Assembly (NCBI GenBank): GCA_963744995.1
Contig: CAVUWA010000010.1
Location: 96,001-160,000 of the forward strand
From: Candidatus Eiseniibacteriota bacterium
Lineage (GTDB): Bacteria > Eisenbacteria > RBG-16-71-46
Reading direction: 5' to 3'
DNA: 64,000 nt
In this document: positions 39,538 through 49,972 of the stretch, piece by piece
Numbering within the stretch: position 1 is the stretch's first letter
Layout of the letters: each line of letters begins with the position of its first letter
Position numbers and translations under genes: made by a program
Notes under the pieces: model-generated
Databases searched by the model: none
What the model was told of the DNA's origin: nothing
What the model saw: the letters and a program-made list of their open reading frames with translations, nothing else

Positions 39538-42309
39538 CTATTCGGGTTCGGCCGGGTCCTGCGACGGCCCGTCCAGCACCTCGCGCACCCGCGCGGCGAG
39601 GGTTTCGAGCGAGAATGGTTTCTGCAGAAACGCCGAGGCGCGCCGGCGCACGCCGTGGCGCACGATCGAATCGTCGGTGTAGCCGGAGACGAACAGGACG
39701 CGCACGCCGGGCCGCATCGCGGCGAGCTTCTCGGCCAGCTCGCCGCCGCCCATGCGCGGCATCACCACGTCGCTCACCAGCATGTGAATCGGTCCCTCGA
39801 ACGCCGCTGCGGCGCGCAGCGCCGCCACCCCGTCCGCGGCTTCGATCACGCGGTAGCCGCGCGCCTCCAGCACCTCGCGGGCGAGCGAACGCACCGAGTC
39901 CTCGTCCTCGACCAGCAGGATCGTCTCCACCCCGGCGCGTGCGGGCCGCGCCGACGCCGGCTCGGTCGCGGCGGGCTCGTCCTCGACCGCGAGCGGCAGG
40001 TAGACCTTGAACGTGGTCCCCACGTCCGGCTCGCTGTACACCCACACGTGACCCTGGGCCTGTTCGGCGATGCCGTAGACGGTCGACAGCCCGAGGCCCG
40101 TGCCCTTGCCCTGCTCCTTGGTGGTGAAGAACGGTTCGAACGCATGGGCCAGAGTTTCGGCGTCCATCCCGACGCCGGTGTCCGCGACCGCGATCACCGC
40201 ATAACGGCCGGGCTGGACCCGCGGATGCTGGCGGGCGTAGTCCTCGTCGAGCTCGGTCGCAGCGATCTCGATCGTCAGACGGCCGCCGGTCGGCATCGCG
40301 TCGCGTGCGTTGATGGCGAGGTTCATGAGGATCTGTTCCATCTGACTGCGATCCGCGTGCGTCCGCACCGGCGTGGTGGCCGGGATCGTCACGAGCTCGA
40401 TGTCCTCGCCGATCAGACGGTGCAGCAGCTCGTCCAGCGCCATCATCACCGCGTTCAGATCGATCACCCGGGGCGCCAGCACTTCCTTGCGACTGAACGA
40501 CAGCAGCTGGCGCGTGAGCATCGCGCCGCGGACCCCGGCCTTCTGAATCTCTTCGGCGTTGCGGCGCAGCGGGTGATCCGGCGGCAGCTCGCTCATCATG
40601 AGCTCGCCGTGACCGAGAATGGCCGCCAGCAGATTGTTGAAGTCGTGCGCGACGCCGCCGGCGAGCCGGCCGATCGCCTCCATGCGCTGTGCGTGGCGCA
40701 GCTGCATTTCCAGCGAGCGGCGTTCGCTGATGTCGGTGGCGACGCCGATCAGGCCCGACACTTCGCCGCGCTCGTCGAACGACGGGGTGTAGTGGGTTTC
40801 GAACAGCAGTGGACCGACCGGGACCGTGGCCATGAACGACTCGCCGCGGAACGCACGGCGCAGCGAATTCAGCACCTCGGGCTGATCGCGGTAGAGCTCC
40901 CACGCCGACTGCCCCACGGCTTCGCCCGGACGGAGGCCGAGCGTCTGCAGGCCGCGGCCCTCGGAGAGCGTGAAGGTGCCGTGGCGGTCGATGCTGAAGA
41001 GGATGATCGGGGCATTGGCCACCACCGCCTGCAGCCGCGTCTCGGCCTCGAACAGCGCTTCGCGCACGCGCATGCTGTCGGTGATGTCCTCGAAGTCGAC
41101 CATGACGACCTCCTGCCCGGCGAGGTCGTAACGCGTGCCCGACACCACCGCTTCGCGCGCGCTGCCGTCGGCGGTCCGCACCGAACAGGGCTGCGGGGCG
41201 AGGCTGCCCGTGGTGAAGGCCTCCTCGTAGGTCGGACCGAGGTGCGTCCAGTCCTCCTCCGGATGCAGGTCGTCGAGGCGCATGCGGTGCAGGGCTTCGC
41301 GGGGATGGCCGGTCATCCGGCTCGCCATCGGATTCGAGAGCAGGATCCGGCGGGTCGCGGGCTCCACCATCAGGATCGCCTTCGCGCTCCGTTCGAACAG
41401 CAGCCGGTAGCGCGACTCCGACTTGCGCACGGTCTCGAGGTCGCTCAGGTCCTGGATCATCACCATGACTTCGTACGGCAGTCCGTCGGGCCCCTTGATC
41501 GGCAGCGCGCTCAGGTAATGGCTGTGTGCTTCGCCGGCCTCGACGATGCGGAATTCACGATGCCGGACGTCGTTGGTCTCGAGCGCGCCGCGCACCGGGC
41601 AGTCGCGGCACTCCGATTCGCCCTCGCAGGCGCCGTAGCCGGCACAGACCGCATGGCAGCCCAGTCCGATCCAGCTCGCGCCGTCGGGCCCGGGCGGCGG
41701 CTCCGCGCTCATGATGCTGTTGGTCCAGCGGATGCGCCGCGCGGTGTCGGTCACGAACACGCGCGCGTCGAAGCGGTGCACGATGGCGGCGAACTTCTGG
41801 CGCTCGCGGTCGAGCACGCGCAGCTGCTCGTCGAGACGATGGAACCAGCGTTCGTACTGGGCGCGCGTGGCGTTGCCGCGATCCGCCTCACGCTCGTGCG
41901 CGAGACGCAGCGCGAGAAGGTCCAGCAGCGGCTCGAGCCGGTCGATCGCCGACGTGCGCCCGGCTTCCGTCCCGGACCACAGGAGAACCCCCTGGCGCTC
42001 GCCCGCGGCCTCGAGCGGCCGCACCGCGACCGGCGCCCCGTCGCGCACCCGATCCGGAGTCTGCGGCCACGCCGCGGCGCGCAGGAGCCACAGGGCGCGC
42101 TCGGCGTCCGCCAGCGGCGCCGGATGCCAGAACTCGCGCCATGCCGCGCCGTCGTCGGGAAGGACCAGCGCCACGTGCCGGGTCCGCAGCGCCGCGGCGA
42201 TCTCGGCGAGGACGGCGTCCATCGCGTCCTCGAGCCGCGCGGTCTCCCGCAGCAGCCGGCGCACGTCGAACGCGTGCTCCGGCTGTTCGGCGCGTCCTGC
42301 GAGCCCCAT
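39538..42309 (-). CDS. Soluble multi-PAS hybrid histidine kinase-receiver (CckA-like)
   Basis: Three PAS-like domains, [33 protein letters not shown], receiver SDVVMP...KPF. Confidence 0.95.
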   Translation of the reverse strand: MGLAGRAEQPEHAFDVRRLLRETARLEDAMDAVLAEIAAALRTRHVALVLPDDGAAWREFWHPAPLADAERALWLLRAAAWPQTPDRVRDGAPVAVRPLEAAGERQGVLLWSGTEAGRTSAIDRLEPLLDLLALRLAHEREADRGNATRAQYERWFHRLDEQLRVLDRERQKFAAIVHRFDARVFVTDTARRIRWTNSIMSAEPPPGPDGASWIGLGCHAVCAGYGACEGESECRDCPVRGALETNDVRHREFRIVEAGEAHSHYLSALPIKGPDGLPYEVMVMIQDLSDLETVRKSESRYRLLFERSAKAILMVEPATRRILLSNPMASRMTGHPREALHRMRLDDLHPEEDWTHLGPTYEEAFTTGSLAPQPCSVRTADGSAREAVVSGTRYDLAGQEVVMVDFEDITDSMRVREALFEAETRLQAVVANAPIILFSIDRHGTFTLSEGRGLQTLGLRPGEAVGQSAWELYRDQPEVLNSLRRAFRGESFMATVPVGPLLFETHYTPSFDERGEVSGLIGVATDISERRSLEMQLRHAQRMEAIGRLAGGVAHDFNNLLAAILGHGELMMSELPPDHPLRRNAEEIQKAGVRGAMLTRQLLSFSRKEVLAPRVIDLNAVMMALDELLHRLIGEDIELVTIPATTPVRTHADRSQMEQILMNLAINARDAMPTGGRLTIEIAATELDEDYARQHPRVQPGRYAVIAVADTGVGMDAETLAHAFEPFFTTKEQGKGTGLGLSTVYGIAEQAQGHVWVYSEPDVGTTFKVYLPLAVEDEPAATEPASARPARAGVETILLVEDEDSVRSLAREVLEARGYRVIEAADGVAALRAAAAFEGPIHMLVSDVVMPRMGGGELAEKLAAMRPGVRVLFVSGYTDDSIVRHGVRRRASAFLQKPFSLETLAARVREVLDGPSQDPAEPE

Positions 42310-42325
42310 GTCGATCGGACTCCGC

Positions 42326-42805
42326 CTAGGAGGCGGCCCGCTGCGCGCGCTCGGCGAATACCGGGGCCAGCCAGTCGGCCACCCGTTGAACCATCTGGAC
42401 CGCCGCGTCGTCGAAAGCCGCCACCTCGTGGCTGTCGATGTCGATCTGGGCGTAGATGGCGTCGTCGAGGCGGATCAGCACCACGAGCTCGGAACGCGTC
42501 TCGGTGCTGCACGCGAGGTAGTTCGAGATCCGGCGCACGTCCGGGATGTTGAGGTTGCGGCGCTCCGCCACGGCGGTGCCGCATACGCCCTGACCCACGC
42601 CGATGAACACGTGGTCGGTGGGTGCGCCGACGAACGGCCCGAGCCGCAGCACCTCGTCGGGAAAGAGCTCATAGATCCCGGTCCAGTGGAACCGCGAATT
42701 CAGGAGGTGGAGGCCGGTGACCGCCGCCTCGAGCAGCGCCTCGAACGAGGTGCCGCGCGCCCGCAGTCGGTCCAGTCTCTCGATGAGACGGTCGAGATCG
42801 TCCAT
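42326..42805 (-). CDS. Stand-alone GAF protein, MsrC/YebR (fRMsr)-like
   Basis: WTGIY, LGPFVG, GQGVCG, YLACS..TRSELVV, IDIDS. Confidence 0.85.
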   Translation of the reverse strand: MDDLDRLIERLDRLRARGTSFEALLEAAVTGLHLLNSRFHWTGIYELFPDEVLRLGPFVGAPTDHVFIGVGQGVCGTAVAERRNLNIPDVRRISNYLACSTETRSELVVLIRLDDAIYAQIDIDSHEVAAFDDAAVQMVQRVADWLAPVFAERAQRAAS

Positions 42806-42989
42806 GATCGTGCTCTCCCGAAGGGCTCGATGGCCGGCATTCGTCGATGAGGTGGTCCCGGTTCATTTTCGGCAGGAAGCCTGACGGCCTTTACCGCGAG
42901 TTGGGACGGACGGGCGGCGGCAGCGCGGGGCGGCCCGGGCGCCCGCCCGGGTGCGGGTGGGCGTGCAGGCGGTTCCGGCGGCGCGGGCG

Positions 42990-43922
42990 CTAGCCCTGTC
43001 CCCGGAGGCCGCGCTCCGCCGGGCGCCGGGCGATCAGCACCGCGCGGTCGCCGAGCACGTTGAACGCGCGCGTGAGCGGGACGTTCACGAGATCCAGGGC
43101 GAACATCACCGCGCGCTGTGCGGCCGACTTCCTGCCGTGGGCGCGGCCGGGCGGGATCTTGCTCTGGTCGATCCGTACGACCTCCAGACCCACGGCGCCG
43201 CACAGGAAGCGCAGCGAAGCCGGCGTGAACTCCCACAGGTGGTAGGGCGGCTCGGCCAGGACGAGCGTGCGGCCGAGCGCCCCGTAGAGGCGCAGCGCCA
43301 TCCGGCGCGCCAGCGAGTGCGTGGTGATCGGGCCGCGCAGGTAGAGGTGCCCGCCCGGGCGCAGCACGCGCGCCACCCCGGCGAGCACCGCACGGCAGTC
43401 GGGCACGTGCTCGAGCACGTCGCCCATGTAGACCAGGTCGAAGGCGGCGTCCGGCAGCCGCGCGTCCTCGAGACCGCCCTGATGGACGTCGAGGCCCAGC
43501 CCACGCGCGTGACGCACGGCGTCCGCCGACAGCTCGACGCCGCGCACGCGCCAGCCGCGTTCGACCGCGTGCTTGAGCAGCCAGCCGCCGGCGCAGCCGA
43601 CCTCGAGCAGTTCGCCGGGCGGCGAGAGCGCGGCGAACGCGTCGAGCAGGCCGCGGTTCTCTTCGCGGAACGCGTCCTCGGCGTAGTAGTCGTCCGCGCT
43701 GCGCCCGCAGCGGAAGTCGCTCCGGAAGTAGGCCGGACCGTAGAGTTCGGCGAGCGCTTCGGGCGCGGGCTGGACCGCGAGGAAGCGCGTGTCGCAACGC
43801 GGACAGCGCACCGCCGGGAACGTGCCGCGGTGCTCGTAGCGCATCGCCAGCGGGGCGAGCGCGCGGTTCCCGCACACCAGACAGCGATCCAGCCGGCGGG
43901 TCGCGAGCGGCGCCGCGCTCAT
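42990..43922 (-). CDS. Class I SAM-dependent methyltransferase with N-terminal Zn ribbon
   Basis: CLVCG...CPRC, LLEVGCAGG, DVLEHV, PYHLWEF. Confidence 0.9.
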   Translation of the reverse strand: MSAAPLATRRLDRCLVCGNRALAPLAMRYEHRGTFPAVRCPRCDTRFLAVQPAPEALAELYGPAYFRSDFRCGRSADDYYAEDAFREENRGLLDAFAALSPPGELLEVGCAGGWLLKHAVERGWRVRGVELSADAVRHARGLGLDVHQGGLEDARLPDAAFDLVYMGDVLEHVPDCRAVLAGVARVLRPGGHLYLRGPITTHSLARRMALRLYGALGRTLVLAEPPYHLWEFTPASLRFLCGAVGLEVVRIDQSKIPPGRAHGRKSAAQRAVMFALDLVNVPLTRAFNVLGDRAVLIARRPAERGLRGQG

Positions 43923-45109
43923 CGCGCGATCGGCAGTCCGCCGGCCGCCGCGGTTTCCGCGAGCGGCCGCCCATCGGTCGCGAGCGCGTGGCGGATGGCG
44001 CCCCCGCCGAGGACCCGCTCGCCGTCGTAGAACACGGCGAGCTGACCGGGCGTGACCGCCGGCTGCGGCGCGTCGAAGCGCACTTCGACGCTCCCGTCGG
44101 CCAGGGGCGTGAGCGTCGCGTCAGCGCCGTCGTGCTGGTAGCGGATCTGCACGCGCGCGCGCGTTCCCGCCGCGGGCGGCGCCGGGGTCAGCCAGTTGGC
44201 GTCGCCCGTGACCAGGCCCGCCGCGCCGAGCGCCGAGCGCGGGCCGACGATCACCGCGTTCCGCGCGGCGTCGATCTCGAGCACATGGAGCGGTTCCGCC
44301 GCGGAGAGTCCGAGGCCGCGGCGCTGGCCGACCGTGTAGTGGATGATCCCGCGGTGCGTGCCGAGCACGACGCCGTCGCGGGTCACGAACGGCCCGGGCG
44401 CGCGGCCACGCGTCTCCCCCAGGTGCTTCACCATGAAGCCGGCATAGTCGCCGTCCGGCACGAAGCAGAGGTCCTGGCTCTCGGGCTTGTCCCAGAGCGA
44501 GAGCCCCAGCCGGCGCCCGTGCTCGCGCACCTCGTCCTTGCCGAGATCGCCGAGCGGGAACCGCACGCGGGCGAGCGCCGCGTAGGGCATCAGCGCGAGC
44601 GCGTAGGACTGGTCCTTGTCCAGGTCGCCGGCGCGGTAGAGCGCCGGACCTCCGTCGGCCGCCGGAGCCACGCGCGCGTAGTGCCCGGTCGCGAGCGCCC
44701 GGGCGCCGATCAACTCCATGCGCGCGACCAGATCGCCGAACTTCAGGTGCTGGTTGCAGAGCGCGCACGGGTACGGGGTGCGGCCGCCCGCGTAGTCGTC
44801 GAGGAACGGCTGCAGCACGCGCTCGCGAAACACCTCCTCGGCCTCGACCACGAAGTGAGGGAAGCCCATCCGTGCCGCCACCCGGCGCGCGTCGTCGATG
44901 GCATCGAGGGTGCAGCAGGCGCGCGGGCTGACCGGCGCGCTGCCGTAGCACCAGAGCTTGAGCGTGACGCCGGTGACGTCGTGCCCCGCCTCGGCCATCA
45001 GCGCCGCCGCGACGCCCGAGTCCACGCCGCCGCTCATCGCGGCGAGCACCCTGAGGTGCGGCTCCGCCGCCGCGGGGGCATGGGCGGCGCCCGGGCGCGC
45101 CGAGCTCAT
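43919..45109 (-). CDS. mnmA: tRNA 2-thiouridine(34) synthase
   Basis: AMSGGVDS, TPYPCALCN..LKFG, ATGHYA, KDQSY, KPESQDLCF, YTVGQRRG, TPGQ. Confidence 0.97.
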   Translation of the reverse strand: MSSARPGAAHAPAAAEPHLRVLAAMSGGVDSGVAAALMAEAGHDVTGVTLKLWCYGSAPVSPRACCTLDAIDDARRVAARMGFPHFVVEAEEVFRERVLQPFLDDYAGGRTPYPCALCNQHLKFGDLVARMELIGARALATGHYARVAPAADGGPALYRAGDLDKDQSYALALMPYAALARVRFPLGDLGKDEVREHGRRLGLSLWDKPESQDLCFVPDGDYAGFMVKHLGETRGRAPGPFVTRDGVVLGTHRGIIHYTVGQRRGLGLSAAEPLHVLEIDAARNAVIVGPRSALGAAGLVTGDANWLTPAPPAAGTRARVQIRYQHDGADATLTPLADGSVEVRFDAPQPAVTPGQLAVFYDGERVLGGGAIRHALATDGRPLAETAAAGGLPIAR

Positions 45110-46248
45110 CGCGCTCCCGCCACGCGCGCGGCGGCGAGGCTCTCGGCCAGTGCGCCGAGCACCGCCGGCACGTCTTCCCGGACGGTGGTCCGGCCCATCG
45201 AGAAGCGCAGCGCGCAGATCGCCAGATCGTGCGGCACGTCCATCGCCGCCAGCACGGGCGAGGGCTCGACGGCGCCGCTCGCGCAGGCCGCCCCGGCCGA
45301 GACTTCGACCCCGCGCGCATCGAGCGCCATCAGCAGATGGTCGCTGCGCGCGCCCGGGAACGACGCGTTGGTCGTGTTCGGCAGGCGCGGCGCGGCGGCG
45401 CCGTGCACGACCGCGTCGGGAGCGATGGCGGCGACGCCCCGCTCGAACTCCGCGCGCAGCGCCGCGAGCCGCACGCCCTCGGCCGCGAGCTCGCGGGCGG
45501 CGCAGGCCGCCGCCTCGCCCATGCCGACGATCGCCGGCACCGCCTCGGTGCCGCCGCGGCGGCCGCGCTCGTGGCCGCTGCCGCGGAACAACGGCTCGAA
45601 TGCCACGCCCCGGCGGATGATCAGCGCAGCGGCGCCCTTGGGGCCCGAGAACTTGTGCGCCGAGATCACCGTGAGGTCCGCGCCCAGCGCGGCCGCGTCG
45701 ATCGGTATCTTCCCCGCCGCCTGGACCGCATCGCAGTGCACAATCATGCCGCGCGCGTGCGCGCGCTCGGCGATCCGGGCGATCGGCTGCACGACGCCCG
45801 TCTCGTTGTTGGCGAGCATCACGCTGATGACGCTCGTGTCGGCGGGCAGCGCATCGATCGCGTCCGGCGAGACGAGTCCCGCGGCGTCCACCGGCAGGTG
45901 CTCGACGGCGAAGCCGATGCGCGCGAGCACTTCGGCCGCGCCGTGCACGGCGTGGTGCTCGATGCTCGAGATCGCGACGCGGCGGCCGCGGGCCTCGGCG
46001 GCCCACGCCGCACCGATCAGTCCGGCGTGGTCACCCTCGGTGCCGCCGCTCACGAACACGACCTCGGCCGGGTCGGCGGAGACCAGACCGGCCACCTGGC
46101 CACGGGCGGCCTCGACTGCGGCGCGGACGCGCTGTCCCTCGCGGTGGGTGCTCGACGGGTTCGCGCCGAACTCGCGCAGCGCGCGGGCGATCGCTGCCGC
46201 GGCCTCGGGGCGCACGGGGGTGGATGCGTTGTGGTCGAAATAGATCAT
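45106..46248 (-). CDS. iscS: Cysteine desulfurase (group I)
   Basis: YFDHNAST, ANPSS.H, NNETG, SAHKFSGPKG, SAGAAC. Confidence 0.93.
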   Translation of the reverse strand: MIYFDHNASTPVRPEAAAAIARALREFGANPSSTHREGQRVRAAVEAARGQVAGLVSADPAEVVFVSGGTEGDHAGLIGAAWAAEARGRRVAISSIEHHAVHGAAEVLARIGFAVEHLPVDAAGLVSPDAIDALPADTSVISVMLANNETGVVQPIARIAERAHARGMIVHCDAVQAAGKIPIDAAALGADLTVISAHKFSGPKGAAALIIRRGVAFEPLFRGSGHERGRRGGTEAVPAIVGMGEAAACAARELAAEGVRLAALRAEFERGVAAIAPDAVVHGAAAPRLPNTTNASFPGARSDHLLMALDARGVEVSAGAACASGAVEPSPVLAAMDVPHDLAICALRFSMGRTTVREDVPAVLGALAESLAAARVAGAR

Positions 46249-46303
46249 GGCCGTTCGGGAACGGGGGTCCGCCGCCCGCGGCGGACCGGCGGCCGCGGGG
46301 AGG

Positions 46304-46912
46304 CTACTTCTTGAGAACGAATTTCTCGAGGACGTCGATGCTCTCCTTGGCGCTCACCGCTTCGGGCGAGTCGGGCGCGAGCTCCACGACCTTTTTCCAG
46401 TTGTTGATCGCCTCGCGATAGATCCCCGCGTCGGCGAATGCCACGCCCATCGTGAAGTAGCCGCAGTGCGCGTCGGGATGCTCGCGGATGACTTCGCGCA
46501 GCAGGTCCACGGCCTGCTCGTACTTGCTTTGCGCATACATCGAGCTGGCCATCCGGCACTTGGCGATCGGGTCCTTCGGGTCGACCTTGAGCGCCTGCTG
46601 ATAGTAGGCCTGTGCCGTCGACGGCTTTCCGCTCGCGTCCCACGCCACGCCGAGGTTGACCAGCGCCTTCACGTTGTTCGGATCGAGGACCACCGCGCGG
46701 GTCAGCACGCGGGTCGCGTCGAGCGCGCGGTCCTTGTCCAGATACATGACGCCCAGCTTGTAGAGGACATCCGCCTTGCTCGAGTCGCGCGCCACCTGCC
46801 GTTCGAGCCTGGCGAGATCTTCGTTCGATTTGTCCTGGGCGAGCGCCGGGGCCGCGAGGGCCAGTGCCGCGAGCGCGGCGAGCAGCAGCGGGATCAGGCG
46901 GAAGCGCTTCAA
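46304..46912 (-). CDS. Exported TPR protein
   Basis: GAGGAG RBS, TTG start, signal peptide, 4-5 TPR repeats. Confidence 0.85.
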   Translation of the reverse strand: MKRFRLIPLLLAALAALALAAPALAQDKSNEDLARLERQVARDSSKADVLYKLGVMYLDKDRALDATRVLTRAVVLDPNNVKALVNLGVAWDASGKPSTAQAYYQQALKVDPKDPIAKCRMASSMYAQSKYEQAVDLLREVIREHPDAHCGYFTMGVAFADAGIYREAINNWKKVVELAPDSPEAVSAKESIDVLEKFVLKK

Positions 46913-46953
46913 GTCGTGATCTCCTCGGGGTCTGCGGGAATGCGGCGCGCAGG

Positions 46954-46983
46954 ATGATAGCACGCTCCGAAACCCGCCTCCAA
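46954..46983 (-). promoter_or_regulatory. Sigma70-type promoter for the TPR-iscS-mnmA run
   Basis: TTGGAG-N18-TATCAT with extended -10 (TGc TATCAT). Confidence 0.55.
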
Positions 46984-47013
46984 AGCATGATCGCGCTTGA
47001 AGTTCCGGAATTG

Positions 47014-48582
47014 TCAGGCGTCGCGGTGTTCGGGCCTGAGGAGGTCCATCAGCGTCTTCACCGGGTGGAATACCGTGCCCGGCACCTCGACGAAGACGGA
47101 GTTCCAGCCGGCCATCGCCCCGTTCCAGAGGCCGGGGCGTTCGAGCGCCAGCAGCGGCCGCCCGCCGGCGCTCTTGCGCGTGACGATCACGGCCGCGGGG
47201 TCCACGAACCGGGTCAGGTCGTACGGCGTGCCGCTCGCGTCGCGCAGTGCGCAGGCGATGAACACGGGATTGAAGTGGGTCGCCTCGCGGAAGATCCGCG
47301 CCTGCTCCGGGTCCTCCATGCGGACCTGGGCGCTCTCGACGATCTGCGGCGAGGATGCGCCACGTGCGCCGGCAACGAAGTACGGTCCGCCGCCCGGTTC
47401 CCCGGTGTTCGGCACCATGCCGCAGACGCGGACCGGGCGGGCGAGCCGGTCGAGGAGCGCCGCCCGGTCGGCCGTCTCTCCCCGGGCGATCCCGCCGCCG
47501 AATGCGGCCGCATGAAAATCGCGCGCGCCCTCGAACGTCGCGGCGTCGCCCCCGGCCTCGACCCGCCGGGTCCAGGCGTGGCACTGCGCCTCGATCGCCG
47601 CGGCCATGCCGGTCAGGATCCGGCTCCACTCGTAGGTCGGCCCCTTGAGCCGGTCGGGCACGACGTTGTCGATGTTCTTGATCAGCACCAGGTCGGCACC
47701 GATCTCGCCGAGGTTCCAGATCAGCGCGCCATGCCCGGCGGGACGGAACAGCAGCCGGCCGGAGGCGGCCCGGAACGGGCGGCCGCTCTCGTCGGCGGCG
47801 AGGGTGTCGGTCGACGGATGCTGCTCCGAGAAGCCGACCTCGAAACGCGTTTCGCGGGTGCGGGCGCGCACCGCTTCGAGCGCGGCGGCAAACGCCGTCA
47901 GGTGCGCCAGCGAGACGGTGAAGTGCGCGCGCGCGACGCCGGCCGCGCCGGCGGTGAGGGCCGCCGCCTCGACCAGCTGCTCGTCGAACGCGGTCCGCAC
48001 GATGCCGTCCACCCGATGGAACGGCAGCAGGCCCTTGGGGCTCGAGGCGGCGCCCATGCCGGAATCGTCGAGCAAGGCGTCCAGCAGCGGGCGCCACTCG
48101 CCTGCCTGGAGCATCTGTTCCGCGTCGCCGCCCGCGCGGGCGACGTGCGCGGCGAGCGCATCCCAGAGCGCGAGGTCCTTCGCACCGTCCAGGAACGCGA
48201 GCACCGCGGCCGCGTCCCCGGCGCCGCCCGCGGCCGCGGCGGCGAGCGCCGTGCGATCGTCCGCGGGCGGTCGCGCCCGCGCGCGCTCGAGAGCGGCGAA
48301 CATCCGGCTCGCCGCGCCGGAGGCGGGCACGAAGCGCATGCAGCGCCCGCCCGCCACCGCCCGGGCGCCGGCCTCGGCGTACCGGGCCCGCGCGGCGTCG
48401 TCGAGACGCACGATGCCGTCCCCCACCGTGCACGGGCGGATGAGCCGCACGTGATGCTCGGGTTCGGCGAGCAGCGCCAGCTGCCGCGCGGCTTCGTCGA
48501 TCGTGATCCCTCGCGCCTGGAGCTCGGCGGCGTCGGCTGGCGTGAACGCGGTGCGCGCGGCACCGGACGTGCCTCCGCTCAC
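47014..48582 (-). CDS. DUF4301 family protein
   Basis: FVPASGAASRMF, PKGLLPFH, HFTVS, FRPAGHGALI, IKNIDNV, RPVRVCGMVPNTGEPGGGP, THFNPV, LERPGLWNGAM; GTGA overlap with upstream gene. Confidence 0.9.
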   Translation of the reverse strand: MSGGTSGAARTAFTPADAAELQARGITIDEAARQLALLAEPEHHVRLIRPCTVGDGIVRLDDAARARYAEAGARAVAGGRCMRFVPASGAASRMFAALERARARPPADDRTALAAAAAGGAGDAAAVLAFLDGAKDLALWDALAAHVARAGGDAEQMLQAGEWRPLLDALLDDSGMGAASSPKGLLPFHRVDGIVRTAFDEQLVEAAALTAGAAGVARAHFTVSLAHLTAFAAALEAVRARTRETRFEVGFSEQHPSTDTLAADESGRPFRAASGRLLFRPAGHGALIWNLGEIGADLVLIKNIDNVVPDRLKGPTYEWSRILTGMAAAIEAQCHAWTRRVEAGGDAATFEGARDFHAAAFGGGIARGETADRAALLDRLARPVRVCGMVPNTGEPGGGPYFVAGARGASSPQIVESAQVRMEDPEQARIFREATHFNPVFIACALRDASGTPYDLTRFVDPAAVIVTRKSAGGRPLLALERPGLWNGAMAGWNSVFVEVPGTVFHPVKTLMDLLRPEHRDA

Positions 48583-49796
48583 GCCTTCACCGCCGTGCGC
48601 GCCGCCGCGTCGATCGCCTGCGCGAGATCGGCCCACAAATCCTCGACGTCCTCGACACCGGCCGAAAGCCGCACGAGCCCTTCCGGGATGCCGGCCGCGC
48701 GGCGTCCTGCAACGCCGAGCTGGACGTGCGACGTGTAGACCGGCAGCGAGACCAGCGTCTCGATGCCGCCGAGGCTCGGCGCATGCAGCACGAGCTCGAG
48801 CGCGTTGGCGAGCGCCTCGGCCCCCGCCGCGCCGCCCGCGACCTCGAACGACAGCAATGGGCCGAAACCGCCGTGCATCTGCGCCTTCGCAATCGCGTGC
48901 CCGGGATGATCCTCGAGGCCCGCGTAGAACACCTGCCGGACACCGGGATGCGCCTTCAGCCGCCGCGCCAGCTCGAGCGCGTTCTCGTTCTGCGCCGCGA
49001 CCCGCAGCGGCAGGGTCTTCACGCTCCGCTCGATCTGCCACGCGAGCTGCGGGTCGGGCACCGGGCCCAGCACCCGGCGCGTCTTCGCCACGGCCTCGAT
49101 CGCATCGGCGGGACCCATCACCGCGCCCGCGAGCAGATCGGCATGGCCGCCGATCGACTTGGTCGCGCTGTAGACCACCAGATCCGCGCCGAGTTCGAGT
49201 CCGTGCTGGCCGATGGGCGAGGCGACGGTGTTGTCGAGCACCAGCACGGCGCCGTGCGCGTGCGCGAGCTCGGCCGCGCGCGCGACGTCCACCACCGAGA
49301 GCAGCGGATTGGCCGGCGACTCCACGTGCAGCAGCTTCGTGTTCGGACGGAACCCCGCGGCCCAGGTGTCGGGGGTGCGCGCGTCCACCGTGTCGGACGT
49401 CCAGCCGGCACGCTCGGCGCCCCATGCGGCCAGCATGTGCGTGCCGCCGTAGCACTGCTGCAGCACCAGCAGATGATCGCCGGGCGCGAGCAGCGTAAAG
49501 AACGTCGCCGCGATCGCGGCGAGCCCCGACGAGAACAGCAGTGCCGCTTCCGCCCCCTCGAGGTCTGCCAGCCCGCGTTCGACCGCGTGCAGGGTCGGGT
49601 GACCGTAACGCTGGTAGAACGCGCCCGCCCGGCCCTGCGCCTGCGCCTCGGTCATCGCCGCGAGGTTCGGAAAGGCGAACGTCGCCGAATGGACGATCGG
49701 CGTGGATCGCGGACCCGGCCGGCCCATGTGGATGCCGTGCGCGGCGCGGGTGCGCGCGCTCTTTCCGGGGCCCCGGGAGGCGTCTCTGGCACTCAT
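48579..49796 (-). CDS. PLP-dependent trans-sulfuration enzyme (cystathionine gamma-synthase/methionine gamma-lyase family)
   Basis: YQRYGHPT, FSSGLAA, ESPANP, DNT, SATKSIGGHAD, SLGGIETL, VRLSAGVED. Confidence 0.93.
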   Translation of the reverse strand: MSARDASRGPGKSARTRAAHGIHMGRPGPRSTPIVHSATFAFPNLAAMTEAQAQGRAGAFYQRYGHPTLHAVERGLADLEGAEAALLFSSGLAAIAATFFTLLAPGDHLLVLQQCYGGTHMLAAWGAERAGWTSDTVDARTPDTWAAGFRPNTKLLHVESPANPLLSVVDVARAAELAHAHGAVLVLDNTVASPIGQHGLELGADLVVYSATKSIGGHADLLAGAVMGPADAIEAVAKTRRVLGPVPDPQLAWQIERSVKTLPLRVAAQNENALELARRLKAHPGVRQVFYAGLEDHPGHAIAKAQMHGGFGPLLSFEVAGGAAGAEALANALELVLHAPSLGGIETLVSLPVYTSHVQLGVAGRRAAGIPEGLVRLSAGVEDVEDLWADLAQAIDAAARTAVKA

Positions 49797-49918
49797 GGCG
49801 GAATCCTTCCCCTGGTCTGCGCGATCGCGCCGCGCGGCGGTCCGGCTTTCGGGCCGCCCCCGACGGCGGCGCGTCCCGGCGTGGTGCGCGATTTTCAACC
49901 TGGAACCCGCCTCGGCCC

Positions 49919-49947
49919 GTGACAGCATGCGGGTCAGGTTCTAAAGT
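49919..49947 (+). promoter_or_regulatory. Sigma70-type promoter for GT9-DUF62
   Basis: GTGACA-N17-TAAAGT, 25 nt upstream of ATG 49973. Confidence 0.55.
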
Positions 49948-49972
49948 GCGGTCCATCATAACCCAACCCGAC

